Source: Octopus sinensis
Taxonomy: Eukaryota
Direction: 5' to 3'
DNA: 64,000 nt
Assembly: GCF_006345805.1 (NCBI RefSeq)
Contig: NC_043014.1
Span: forward strand, 29,636,001-29,700,000
Of this stretch, positions 1 to 12,627 are shown piece after piece. The position numbers were made by a program, and so were the translations under genes. A model generated the notes under the pieces. The model saw nothing but the letters and a program-made list of their open reading frames with translations, was not told where the DNA came from and ran no database searches. The first letter of the stretch is position 1. Every line of letters starts with the position of its first letter.

Positions 1-830
1 TTCTCCATGTTATATGTCTCTGTCTCTTCCTCCTTCTCATCAAATGCTTCATTAAAAACGTCTCTAAACCTATGCCTATTTGAAGGACCTTTCAGCTTCC
101 ATAACCTCCCTTTCCATGTCGGTTTGTGTCTATGGGTCCTTCTAGCCCTAAGTCTGGAGTCACTGACCACTGACCTGGGAAGGATTTTGCATTCATGAAC
201 ATTAGCCTGTCCCTGTTTCTGGTGAGAATGTAGTCCATCTGGATAATGTGCCCATCAGACTGGTAAGTAATCAAATGGCTGGCAGGTTTCTTGATGTCAG
301 TATTGCAAACCAGTAAATCATTTGTATCACAAAACGTTAGAATCCTTGTTCCCTCCTCATTTCCAGAACCAAAGCCGTAAGCTCCATACATGCCAGTCCA
401 ACATGTGAATCATATATAGAGATAAATGACACTGTTACACATTAAACAAGACTATTTGGGGTTTAATAATCCTCTTGTGCAGCCTGACTGCCTTAATCAC
501 TTATCCAACTATTTTTCTGCTGAAAGAATACCTACACCGCTTAAACTGTTGCCATTGCCCATCAAAAAAAATTTGTCTCTGTGCTCCTTGCCCGCAAGCA
601 GTCTGACTGAGGTTCCACTTCATTGTACCTATTGCACACAGTACACATCTACATGCCTCTGCTTGAGCATTTCAACAATATCACCAGACCTACCTTTCAT
701 TGTACCAACCTTAATTGTGAAAGCTCTAACCTTGTGGACCTGTGAAGCCTGAGAGGGTAGTTGGAGGTGATGTTTTCAGCATCTGGAAAGACATTTGCAG
801 TCGTTAACTTGGTGGCAGCGAGTCCTTGTG
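1..830 (-). mobile_element. RTE-clade LINE fragment, ORF2 AP-endonuclease domain (degenerate)
   Basis: Minus strand gives IKVGTMKGRSGDIVEMLKQRHVD and YGFGSGNEEGTRILTFCDTNDLLVCNT..HLITYQS..QMDYILTR, typical APE motifs of RTE ORF2, with stops and frameshifts. Confidence 0.85.
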
Positions 831-1615
831 CATATTGAAAGCAGGTATTGGTTGTTGCATGGATTACAATTACAATATCCTTCAGTCTTGTAAAACCTTC
901 ATGAGTACACAACTACTAGTGCAGAGGGGGAGGAAAAAAACTTTTGTTATTATTACAAAGCCATCGAGTAATTTTCAGCAATGCAGAAGGAGCCAAGCAC
1001 ACTTTGACAATAAATATTTATTATCATCATCATCATAGTGTAAACATATGTACATATATACACACATTTACACATAAGGCACAGACACGAACATACTTAT
1101 ATAATATGCAGTCACATATACATACAAATATATGCATGTGGACCCACAGGAGACACATATACATATATCTACCCATATACCCATGCACTCATATAACACT
1201 TCATAGACTGTTATATTGTCATCTGCAATATCCCTCGACAATATCTATCATTTAATATATTAAAATTGTTTATTATATGTACAGCATTATATGGAATGAT
1301 ATAAATTGCATATTTTACAAATTTTTTTCTTTTAAATTAAAAAGGGTGAAAAACAGTCAACCGTGGCAGAATTTGAACTCTGAATGTAAAGACTGCTAAG
1401 CATTTCACTCAGCATGCTGGCAATTCTACCAGTTCTTGTAATATATATTACAAGATGTAATGATATCTAACCCAGAATCTTCAGTGTTCAAATTTTAGAA
1501 AATCAAAACCAGTTTTGACATTAAAACAAAAAAGTTAGCAAGCATTATGATATATCTATTTTGAAACATTTATATATTTATTCTGGTAATTCAGAAAGCC
1601 AAGTTATTTTTTCAG

Positions 1616-1677
1616 ATTTTCTATAGTTTGCTGGTTACTTTTTCATTATCTATCCCTCCTGAAAGATTACATTAAAG
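1616..1677 (+). CDS. Candidate coding exon (FSIVCWLLFHYLSLLKDYIK, ends phase 1)
   Basis: ttttttcAG acceptor, AAG|GTATGC donor, one open frame; the terminal G is phase-compatible with exon 9959. An alternative acceptor would start it at 1627. Confidence 0.3.
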
Positions 1678-1998
1678 GTATGCTAGTGTGTATTATACAG
1701 GAGATATATTTTTTCTGACATTTCATTGTCCATAAATAGTGATGCATATTATATACAAATAAATGTAGTATACATGTGTGTGTATTGTATATCTGTGTGT
1801 GAATATGTACATATTTGTGTGGTGCGATATGAACATTTAACGTGGTTTTATAGTCAGAGTTTCGACTGCTATTTCGGCATGTTGGTGTCTTTTAGACACC
1901 CTCATTTTTAATTGTTAAAAATTTTTTTACCTTTGTAAGGTATTTCTTTCATGCTGGCCACTTGATAATTTCGACACTTAAATATCGATATTATCCTC

Positions 1999-2078
<80 letters not shown>
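1999..2078. repeat. (TA)n microsatellite
   Basis: Directly visible. Confidence 0.95.
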
Positions 2079-2079
<1 letters not shown>

Positions 2080-3920
2080 TGGCAATACATCCCAGCGTTG
2101 CCCGGGTGTTATGCCCTACATGCACATTGTATTATTTGCTCCTTTCTTATGGGCAGAATTGGCACAGCTGATATACAGTTAATGGCATAATGGAAGTTAT
2201 TGTTTGTTTAAAAGTGAAGGGGGAGGGTACAATTTGCATGGGTTTGCATGAAAGTGCTTCCTGTTCTTAAGACGGATCACAAACTATGTTTTGTTTCATT
2301 ATATAAATGGGGGTTAATACAATTTTGTCCAGAGATCATGTTTTCAAAATTTTAATTTCCCCCATGCTCACCACAATTTCTTAATTTGTAACTTTTACAA
2401 TTTTTTTTTTATCTACGTAGAAAAATACAGAGATTACGAATCTGGGAAATACATATATTTTTTTATAATTCAATTTTTCTTAAAGAAACACTCAATGCCC
2501 CTTCCCCCACCTCACTCACCCATCACCTATTCGCTTTCACTTTTTTCTGATGTTTCCTGCATGTGTAGAATTCTACTGAAATAGCAAACTTAAAAAATAC
2601 CAGATCACCACCAGAAAACCTGACATGCTAGAAACAACAGGTAAATGACATTATTTCTGAAGAAACTTCCCCACTTTACAAAAAGCTAAAAGTGAAACAT
2701 TGAAAGTGTGTAGCTTTTTGAAAGTGGTGAGGTGATGGATAAAATTCTTGAAGATTCATACTCTGTTTTTTCTCTATGGATTACCAAGAAAAAGTATTTG
2801 AAAAAAGTAAAAAATAAATTTGGTGTGGAGAGAGAGAAAATTAAAATATTGAGAACATGTTTTGTGGGTGAAATCCTAATATCCTGTATTGCAAACATAG
2901 GAATTGGAAGAAATTTAGGAAAAAAAATAAGGCGAGGGAGCAGAAATGTCACCTCCAACATGCTAGAAAGAAGAGGTAAAGTACAAGATTTCTGGGAAAA
3001 CTTTCTTTTAAGTTTATATCAAAGATCAGGTTTTTAAATACGCTCATCACAAACACAAGCTACACAATAGAAAAACATCATTTCAATTGGATTTGAGCTT
3101 CAAATTTGCTCATGCACACTGCAAGAAATAACATAATTCGCACAGAAGTTTTACCTAGAGTGTGTGTGTGTGTCTGTGTCACAGGAAGTTATTTTATGGC
3201 ATTCTTTCATTTGAAGAAGCAAAGTTGTCAACTCAACATATATGGGATCATATGATTGTTCGTTAATTTCTGTAAAATTCTTTTAATTTCTTTATGCTTT
3301 GAAAGAGAGGATAAAGTGAAAAAGCGACATTTGTTTTGAAGTGAGAGGAGAAAGTGAAAGATGGGCATGTGTGTGTGTGAGAGAGAGAATGAGTGAAGGT
3401 GTGTGTTGTGATTTATAAATTTTGAATGTATGTGTAAGTGTCACTCATTTGCTCTCTCTTTTTCTCACGCACACACATTATCTTTCATATACACATACAT
3501 AAATAAATGGAGGTAAAGAATACGTACACCACCCGTTTTTGGCATAACCCTAAACACCAGGTGTGCGTATTCTTTACCTTCGCCCATAAATACATATGCA
3601 TACATCTTTTTTGTGTGTGAGAGAGAGAGTGTGACTGTATTTCCTCATAACATATTGAGTAATGGATATCTTTTAATGCAGTTTTTTTTGGCCGTGGCTT
3701 ATTTTAATACAATATTTACATGTACATTTTCATAAATGTTTGTCCGAGTAGAATTCTATGCATGCATGAAACATCAGACGAAAGTGAAATATTAGAAGCA
3801 AATTGAACTATTGTCCAAAAGTGACCTCAAAATTGTGTGACCCACATAGTTGCTGAGGTTATTTTAGTTGTAAAAAAGAGTTGTTGAGTGAAAAACGTAG
3901 TTTATTTGGTAGATAGATAA
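2077..3920 (+). mobile_element. Non-autonomous Helitron/Helentron-like element, copy 1
   Basis: Starts ..CCCAGCGTTGCCCGGG, has internal (GT)/(GA) microsatellites and ends ..TTTGGTAGATAGAT. Colinear with 17668-19744. Family call rests on resemblance to HINE/DINE-type ends. Confidence 0.6.
3506..3584. mobile_element. 79-bp hairpin MITE inserted in Helentron-like copy 1
   Basis: Inverted arms 3510-3530 and 3560-3580 (19/21 match), flanked by duplicated CATAAATA (3498-3505, 3585-3592). Absent from copy 2. Confidence 0.6.
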
Positions 3921-3974
3921 TATGCAGCATTATAACTCTCAAAGTTGTCAGTGAATTGTCATCCAGATCAGCTG

Positions 3975-4078
3975 TTTTGTTTGTTAATTTCCGTAAAATT
4001 TTTTTTACTTATTTACTTTTGTTTTGAAGTGAAAGTGAGGAGAAAGCAAAAAGTGTATGAATGTGTATATGAAGTGGA

Positions 4079-4112
<34 letters not shown>

Positions 4113-4410
4113 TGCCACTTAACACATGCATGAGAAAATACATGTTCACTCTCTTTCTCTCTCTCACACACACACATGCACATGTACATACAAAAAATAT
4201 GTATGCATATGTAATAATGTTTGTAGGTATACATGACAACACACCCCTTCAGTTACTCTCTCTCTTTCTCCCTTCCTCTCTCTCTCTCTCTCACACACAC
4301 ATACACACGTCCATTTCATATGCACATACATACATCTTTCATTTTCTCCTCTCTCTCACTTTAAAACAAAAGTAAATAATAAAATTTTTTTTACAGAAAT
4401 GAACAAACGC
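3975..4410. repeat. Fold-back (inverted repeat) derivative of the Helentron-like interior
   Basis: About 3975-4110 is the reverse complement of about 4262-4410 (GTTTGTTAATTTCCGTAAAA.. versus ..TTTTACAGAAATGAACAAAC). Confidence 0.75.
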
Positions 4411-4822
4411 AGATGACAGCTCTGCAAGTCAAAATGAAAGATTGCGTAAGCAACTTTCTTTATTATAATACAGGTGTAACTAATTCAGAGAAACATTACT
4501 TTCATTATTCACACATCATCAGTCTTGTAATTGAACAATGTAATATTCGTTGAAATTGAAAGTATGAAACTAGTTTCACTTTCTAACGAAACCTAGTCAT
4601 AACTTTCAATATCAGCATGTCTCACTGTTGGGAAAGTTACATACATATACTAAGACATACACACACACACACACACAAAGACATACATTAAGGCACATCT
4701 CAAGCTTATCTCTTTCTCTGTGTGTATCTTTAGATGTGTGTGTCAGCTCTCACAAAAATGTAGGTATACGGACAGACACAAACACCGTCACACACATAAG
4801 GAGCATACACCCATACAAATTC

Positions 4823-4871
<49 letters not shown>

Positions 4872-4880
4872 TGTATAGAT

Positions 4881-4970
4881 GCTGCAAATATATATAGCCC
4901 ATGGTATCAACCTTGCTTGGTTGCTGCAAATATATTATAGCCCATGGTACTCAGCCTTGCTTGGTTGCTG
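4881..4970 (+). repeat. Tandem duplication, 42-44 bp unit x2
   Basis: GCTGCAAATATAT..AGCCCATGGTA..CCTTGCTTGGTT occurs twice, head to tail. Confidence 0.9.
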
Positions 4971-5139
4971 TTTATTTTCATTAAAGGCAAAAGAGAACCA
5001 TCTCAATAGTAATAATAGTAAACTGGCCCTGAATGTTAAAAGTTGACATCCATTTGTCTTCTTGCATATCAACTGTAAAAGCAAGATCATGTAAAAATCA
5101 CCCTTTGAACATGGGACCTCACAGAGGCAATGATAAGTG

Positions 5140-5310
5140 ACCGTGATTTTTGGCGATATGCTGTGCTTGAGAAGACTTATCAAGCCAAGTGAAAGCATAG
5201 TTGTGGCCCATATGAAGCATCCATTACACTCTTAGAATGGTTGGCATTAGGAAGAGCATTCAGTCATAGAAACCATGCCAGCATGGAAAACAGACACTAA
5301 ATAATGATAT
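5140..5310 (+). mobile_element. RTE LINE 3' end fragment
   Basis: TGGTTGGCATTAGGAAG..TAGAAACCATGCCAGCATGG matches the reverse complement of the RTE 3' UTR at 24257-24420. Confidence 0.65.
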
Positions 5311-6369
5311 ATATATATATTCTTTTACTCGTTTCAGTCATTTGACTGTGGCTATGCTGGAATAACATTTTATACAAACATGCAAGCTTAATGTGAAACA
5401 AGAATAAATTATGCATTTGAAAGTAACTTTTTGAAGATATGATTTTTAATTGAGGAATTTTTAATAAATACAGTGTTCTAATATATGTTGTCATATAGAT
5501 GTGTGTATGTATATACATACACAGTGCTGGGTATTTGTGAACCAAACAAAATGCAAGAGAGGACACTAAACAAAAACAAAAAAAAAACAGCATACTTCTA
5601 GAAAACAGAAACAAGTTATCAACAAAACTGCCCTCAGCCCCAGTGATGTCCACAATGTGGCCACAGAAATTGCTGCATCTCAGGATGAAGTGGCCCTAGC
5701 TCCTGACAACTATCTCATTGTGTCCTTGGTATTATTTTGTTATTGATTGGTTCCTCCTTCTCCATCCCTACTATGCCCAAGTCTCAGCAGTCCAGGGTAT
5801 TGTTATAAAGAAGTCTTGTAGGTCACATGATTTTCAACATCACATGATCATACTATTCTAGGTTTTACAAGGAATGATCTGTCCTTCCTTCATTACATAG
5901 GAATTGTACCTGATGTCTTCATGCACTACATGTCTGCTAGTGAACTTTGCTACTTTGCTATGCAGTGGTCTTCATCATGCTGCTAGAGTTGTTATTGAGG
6001 CTCTGAAACTTCCAAGTCAGCTATTTTGATGATGTCTGATTGATGAGAATATCCCTATCGTTTGTCTCTGATTCTTGCCAGAGGCCTGCCACTCTTTCCT
6101 GACCCTGAAAATGAGCCAGTCATGTTCAAGAAACTGGCAATTTCCAAATTACTATTTATTGGCAGTGAGAGCCATGAACATAGTGTGTCTTTTCATTTTC
6201 TTTATCAGACTGGAATCAATCTGTCATGTTGCTGCCATTCATATGCAGAAAGAGAAATGAGAAAGTTAAAACTTGGTGCATGCATTAGGTTGTCTTCCAT
6301 TTATAGTACAATGAATTTTGTCCAAAAATGCCCAGAATGTCATGTTTGCTTGTATATATGAGCAAGTGT

Positions 6370-6612
6370 CTTCTGCTATAGTTCTGTGTTGACTGTAGAA
6401 ACTTGGTGTGTGTGTGTGTTTGTCCGGCCACCACCACCACTTGACAACTGTTGTTAATTTGTTTATAATTTAGCAGTTCGACTAAAGAGACTGCTAGAAT
6501 AAGTATCAGGCTTAAAAAATAAGGGGATTGATTTAATTGACCAAAGCCCTTAAAGGCAGTGCTCCAGCATGGCTGCAAGTCCAATGATTGAAGCATGTAA
6601 CAGAATAAAAAA
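6370..6612 (+). mobile_element. SINE body and 3' part
   Basis: ATAAGTATCAGGCTTAAAAAATAAG..AAGGCAGTGCTCCAGCATGGC..; a related inverted copy lies at about 43990-44200. Confidence 0.65.
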
Positions 6613-6629
6613 AAGTATGTGTGTTTGTT

Positions 6630-6960
6630 TGTGTGTAATGAATTCTCTCAAATGCTTCAAGACTCTCTAGAAATAGTTGACAGCTATTTTTACTTAGATG
6701 ATCTAAGGTGTTCCAAAAGCTTAATAGCCAAAGTAACTATGAGTGGAAAAGCCCTGGGTGCTATTACCTCTGATGGCAACAAAAGGATTCTCTATTCAAG
6801 TGAAAGGCATATTGCATGAAGCTCAATATTACATGGTAAAAGAAGATATATATTGGCTGAAAAAAATTAGTTGAGCTTGCTCCTCTATAATCTTAGTGTG
6901 CCCTAACAGCAAAGTACAAATAAACTGAGAGAAAAATTTAATTGATGAGAGAATCAGCAA
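6630..6960 (+). mobile_element. RTE LINE ORF2 C-terminal fragment
   Basis: LEIVDSYFYLDD resembles LEVVDSFCYLCD of the RTE copy at 38365-39365. Confidence 0.55.
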
Positions 6961-6969
6961 CAGAACTTA

Positions 6970-8420
6970 GTCCTTGGCATCATGCTAAATTCATTCCTAA
7001 ACTCATTGTTGACTTCATCTCTTGCCGACTTCATCTCTTTACATAGCTTGTTTGGCTATCACAAGCTGTTTATCTACTCCTAGTTTCCTTAGGTTACAGA
7101 ACATGGAATCCTGTCAAAGAACTTTTCTAGGTTTATAAAATCTAGGCACAGGGGTATGCTCCAGGCTAAGTATTTCTCTTGCAGTTGTTTCTCTAAAATG
7201 TTATTGGTAGAACCTCATCCTGGCACAAAGCCAAACTTCATTTCATCTAGACTATTTTTCTTTCTAAAAGAATTGTTATAACTTTCATTAGCTGATCCAC
7301 TAAATTGATTCCTATGTAATTACATTTCTCTAGTGCTTTTTTTCTTTTTGCTCTGGTAGCAGTTGATATGATACACCAGTTACTGGATATGACACCTTCC
7401 AGTACAACCTGATTAACTATGCAAATGACTAGTATATGCCCTAATTTCTTAAATTCTTTTAACCTCTCAGTGATAGAACACTTGCTTTCCCTGCACTTAT
7501 ATCCTTAATTGAGTTTGTTACCATACTGCTATCAACTTCATTAGTTGGTTTCTCTCCCATTACATTCTCTTCATTCAAGATACTTTCATACTTACACTTC
7601 TGTGCCTCTTTCTTTTCTATATCAGTAAGATCAGGTTTACTGTTATTATTCCATATTCATTGTTTTCAAACAGTGTCTTGTATTTACTCTAGTATGTTGC
7701 CTTGCAATCCAGAATACTTCAAGCCTCTGAACCTCACGTTACAAGTGCAACTTTAGGTTTCTCCTCTTGCTAACTGACATCTAGCTTCTCTTCTCCCTGC
7801 TTAAATATTGTTTTTTGCTGCCCCCTTTTTCCCTGTCTTTTCAGACCAGTTGCATAGCTTTTATGGCTCTATTCTAAAATAATTTCACCTTTTGTCCGGC
7901 TGGAACCTTGCACCGGTCACAGATCTGCTCTATAAAACTCAGTAGGTTGTCTCATTGGAACTCCTATTGACTTTTATATTGTAAGTATCTCTTCCCCACT
8001 TTTATTTCTCTGAACCTCTGGTTGATTGATGGGTCTTTCAACTTTCATATTTCCTTTCTTCAGATTGTCTTCTGTGCCTGTATCCCATGTAGCTCTCACT
8101 CTGAAGTTAGTAATCACTAGTCTATATGGAGTGGTACTATCTTCATTAGAGAAAGACATAGTTTTTATAATAACCATCTGTCTATTCTGTTTACTGGTGA
8201 ATATGAAGTCTTTTGCTCTTGTCTGTTTGCATAATTGGTTGGTAGCTGAGTGGTTTTCTGAAGTTAGTATTACAAATGGTTAGGTCTTTTGTGTCATAGA
8301 ACTTTCACAGCCTTGAACTCTCATCATTCTTTATGCCATAACCAAAGCCTCCACGTACACCAGAGAATCCTTTGTGGTGTTGTCCAACATGTCCATTAAA
8401 ATTCTCAGCTGCTTGATAGT
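6970..8420 (-). mobile_element. RTE LINE ORF2 fragment (APE C-terminal half to RT start)
   Basis: ENFNGHVGQHHKGFSGVRGGFGYG..DLTICNTNFRK and LDEMKFGFVPG..QLQEKYLA motifs; many stops. Confidence 0.8.
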
Positions 8421-9958
8421 TGTTAATTTCATTTTTCATTTCTTATTTTGTTTATCAAAACAAATTTCAGACATTTAACCTTATGTTAGCGTAATGAAAC
8501 AATGTAAACATCCTTCAGGGTCGTCTTACATTATCCAATAATTTCTTTTCTATTATTTAGAGCAGAAGTTAATCTTCTTCTGTTAAGATTATCATGATGT
8601 GATGAGAAAAAATATATGCAAGTGTATATGCATTATGTGTGTGTGTATATATGTGAAATAACAAATACTTTTAAGCCAATTTTCTAATTTTTTTTTGCCT
8701 ACTATTTACCTACCAAACGTTTTTCCTAATGGTTAACTTTAAACTGTACTTTTGGAAAGTTTAGTCTAACTCTGTAAAAATTAGGTTTTGTAAAAAACAA
8801 AAACAAGGTTTCTTGTATACACTGTATAGTTACTTAGTAATCTTCATTACATACATCTGCATACACACATAATCAGGAGTAAAATTTAGATAGTGTTAGT
8901 TAATCAGTATAACTTAAGTTAATCTAATTAATTTAACTACTCATGAGAAATAGTGCTAAATTAAACTACCAAGTATGAATAAATATACTATTTTAAGTCC
9001 AATTCTGAAGTTGTGGATCTGTTTAATTAGAGCACTTTTTATACAATAATCATATAAGTGATCATTATTACAATCATTTTCGTAACTAGTACATACTTAC
9101 ATGTTTCAAGATGAGAATGTAATAGTCGTAGAGGTAGTTGCTGATAGGTGTTTTAAGATGTTATCCTTATTTTCATCCCAGTTATGTAAATTGCCACCTA
9201 TGTAACTTCTTTTGAGATAGATTTCTTTAATTTTACTTCAAAAAAAAAAAAATAAAGGTAATGATCCAAATATGATATCTGTTGCAAAAACTTTATAAGT
9301 CCAACATTTTTGCTTTACATTTAGTGTCAGTTTAACTGTTGATGACCTGTAAAGTGGCATTTACCTGGTAGTCTTAAAAATATTGTTTTGCAAATTACTA
9401 AATGTAAGTCTTGTTGCACAGTGAAATTAAGACTGTTTTTGTTACATTTTTCACATGAAAGGGTTTCATGCTTATCATGCTTATATTTCTTGACTCATTA
9501 CAAAACAGTATGCAGCAGGCATCCCAGGGTATTATTCTCCCTGATATTCTTTTAAGTTATCACACCTCGTAATGTTTATTCATTAAAAGCTTATATTATC
9601 TCTAATCATTCTATGATCTGGAAGTAATGGTTACAGATTAGGTTTAAAAAGACTGAAACATGTCCAGAGTTGTTATCATGCTACAATTGATCAAAATCAC
9701 AGCTTGCTATTTTTAATTCATATTAATTAATATAAATTATAAGTTTGTCCTGGCTGTTTTTCTTGACCAGAATTTATCATTAAACAATTTTTTCCCTTCT
9801 CACTATGAATGTAATTTCAATTAAAATTTCTTTGCGCATTGGTGTTATCCTAGTAGGGTGACAAATAATGTTAAGAAAAATATATAGGATATTTCATTTT
9901 AGATATTTTTTATCATTCAGCTTAAAATAAATCTCTTTTTTTCTTCTTTTTTTTTTAG

Positions 9959-10014
9959 GGTTCCTTGATAAAGAATATTTTTCTTTTGGTTTAACTTTAC
10001 ATGGAAGAAATGAT
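9959..10014 (+). CDS. Candidate internal coding exon, (G)FLDKEYFSFGLTLHGRND
   Basis: Very strong polypyrimidine tract plus TAG (9957-9958), GAT|GTAAGT donor. Only one frame is open (phase 1 to 0). Protein not recognised. Confidence 0.6.
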
Positions 10015-10299
10015 GTAAGTATGTTGAACAATTTTTTAATACAAAATTAATTATGTATTCAGTTCCTTTTTGCTAACAAAAGGTAGAACATACTTAAGAG
10101 TATAATGTGCACATACTTTACTCACTGTAGTGTACTAGAGTTACAAATTATTCACTAATGAAGACAACAGACTGAAAATGCAATTTTTTCAACAAGATAT
10201 ATTTTTACATATTCTTTTACAACTTGAATAATTCATTCCTAACAAGTAAACACCAAATAATTTAAATGTACTGCTATTGTTCATTTAAATTATAGGATT

Positions 10300-10301
<2 letters not shown>

Positions 10302-10353
<52 letters not shown>

Positions 10354-10418
10354 GTATATGTATGTATGTATGTATATGTATGTATGTATGTATATGTATG
10401 TATGTATGTATATGTATG

Positions 10419-10475
<57 letters not shown>

Positions 10476-10502
10476 GTATATATATATGTGTGTGTGTGTG
10501 TA
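10302..10502. repeat. Compound (TA)n/(TATG)n/(TG)n microsatellite
   Basis: Directly visible; source of the spurious ORFs at 10340-10630. Confidence 0.95.
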
Positions 10503-11564
10503 TGCTCTTACATTTAAGGCCTATAGTGATAGAAAAAGAAATCTATATGGATTTTTTTTTCTATCACTATAGAAAGTTGTATAGATTTTGCTTAAGAAAA
10601 TTTTCAAGTACATGCTATTTTACTTTCTAAAAGGTAAAATGACTCAAAGGAAGATATCAGATATCATTTAAAATGTAGATTTTTTATGTAACAAGTTTAA
10701 GAATAACGGGCCATGGATCTGAAATTATGTAAACTGTGCTACTAATGTTACATTGTGTATTTAAGGAAAATATTTTAATGTATTTAGGGGTGAAAACAGA
10801 AAAAAATGGCTCACATACACAAACCCAGGAACTTCAAATTTGCAAATCATCAGACAGTAATACATTTATGATTTTATTCACCACTCCTGTTGGTTTGGGG
10901 TTGATTGAGCAATTGAATGTAAAGCAATCTGCTTTCAAATAATAGGAAGTAAAACAGTTAAATGTAATATGTCCATGCAAATTCCTCATGGGAGATTATG
11001 AAAATCTTGAGGCTTTAACTTAATTTTCTTCACTCAGTATTCTTGTTAAAGAACTATGTTGATGTTAGATACTATTTTCAACAACATTGAAGGCATCTCT
11101 GATCGGGATATTTTTGATGTATATAAATCTATATGTTAATATGAACAATATGAATACAATTCAACTTATAATTGTGTGTCATGAAAGAAATTTATGAATG
11201 TGGAGTAGTTGTTGCACATAAACCAAGTTTTCTCTTGCATTATAAAGGTGATTTTAGTTGCTATATGCATCATATATGATGTAAAATATGATATTGACTT
11301 CAATAATTTTTCATATTAAAGTATTCATGTAACTTAGGTATTTGTAGTATTGACCTTATCAAAATATTTTTACATTAAACAGTTAATGGCTGAGGTAATA
11401 TATAAAAATATGATTGAATTTTGTGATGTAGGCCATTGATTGGTTCAACTTAGATATTATATGCAGCATTCTTGGCTGCTTTAAATAAATTATTTAGTTT
11501 ATATAATACACAAAATATTACTAATTTGTTAGTGGTAGATTTTACATTTATAGAAATTTTTTAA

Positions 11565-11695
11565 AAATGTGCTGGTGCCATATAAAAAAAAACACCCATG
11601 CCAGTGATGCATAAAAGCACTCAGCACACTCTATAAAGTAGTTGGCGTTAGGAAGGGCACCCAGCTGTAGAAACCATGCCAAAACAGACAGGAAA
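11565..11695 (+). mobile_element. RTE 3' UTR-derived fragment
   Basis: GTTGGCGTTAGGAAGGGCACCCAGCTGTAGAAACCATGCC is shared with other RTE tails in the window. Confidence 0.6.
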
Positions 11696-12138
11696 CCTAT
11701 AACAATAGTTATAGATGCCATTTAGTTGTTTTTAAAACTACAATATAGCTAAGTGCTAGTTAACTTTCTGTATATATTTGTATATAATATGTACTTGTAT
11801 ATAATGTGCAACACTAATTAAGGGCAGAAATCCTCAAAAAAATTATATATTGTCTACAATATGCACTGACTTCTTAGTTTATAAAAAGGATGTTTAGTCA
11901 GAATTATCATTAATTGTTTATAAATTACATTGTAAAAGTCACAAATCTAAACAAAACAACAATATCAAAAGTGACCTTTGAACCTTTTCACTGTAAGTTA
12001 TAAAAGGTGGCCAGTACTGTCTAAAAGGTACTACACAGGTACAATGGAATTACTGCTGCCAACTTTCAGTATGGAAGGCCAGAATGTAATACTTTTGTTA
12101 TTGAAAAATATAAATACCTACATTATCTAAATGTGAAC

Positions 12139-12269
12139 CATATTCCACCGAGGTCAACTTTGCTTTCATCCTTCCGGAGGGTGATGAATTAAGTACCAGT
12201 TGCATACTGGAGTTGATCTAATTGACTGGCCCCCCTCTCCTTTTGAGCCTTGTGCCTAGAGTAGAAAAG
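12139..12269 (+). mobile_element. SINE fragment (Nin/DeuSINE-like central domain) with probable TSD
   Basis: TTCCACCGAGGTCAACTTTGCTTTCATCCTT..AAGTACCAGTTG..; flanked by ATTATCT(A/G)AATGTGAAC at 12122 and 12270. Confidence 0.65.
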
Positions 12270-12582
12270 ATTATCTGAATGTGAACATAACTGAAATACT
12301 TCAATTAGACTTAAAATACTTTCATTACTGTAAAGTACAGTTTTAATTATTCAATGTGGAGATTAAATTAAGGAATAATGAATAATACATAAATACTGAA
12401 ATTATCAAAATGTGAACACAAACTGAAAAAAAATAAATACTTCTGTTCTTCAAATTCTGTAATTATTCAATGTGAAGATGAAATTTTGAAGATAAAGTGT
12501 ATTCTCCATAATGAAAGTATGTAAATGTATTTCTTCATGAAAATATTTACATTTTACATTGTGTCTTTTACATCCTTCTGTA

Positions 12583-12584
<2 letters not shown>

Positions 12585-12627
<43 letters not shown>
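12585..12627 (+). repeat. (GAT)n microsatellite
   Basis: Directly visible. Confidence 0.95.

Noticed and set aside
5640-6300. Higher-complexity segment, possibly a LINE remnant
   Set aside because: No recognisable RT or endonuclease motif in any frame I could read.
9101-9235. Minus-strand exon-like segment with good splice signals (KIKEIYLKRSYIGGNLHNWD..)
   Set aside because: All frames are closed before the donor and no partner exons were found.
9959-10014. Resemblance of FLDKEYFSFGLTLHGRND to a K+ channel pore helix (FLDALYFSFVTLTTIGFGD)
   Set aside because: No TxGYG/GFG filter, spacing off by one, and charged residues in the helix; no gene symbol assigned.
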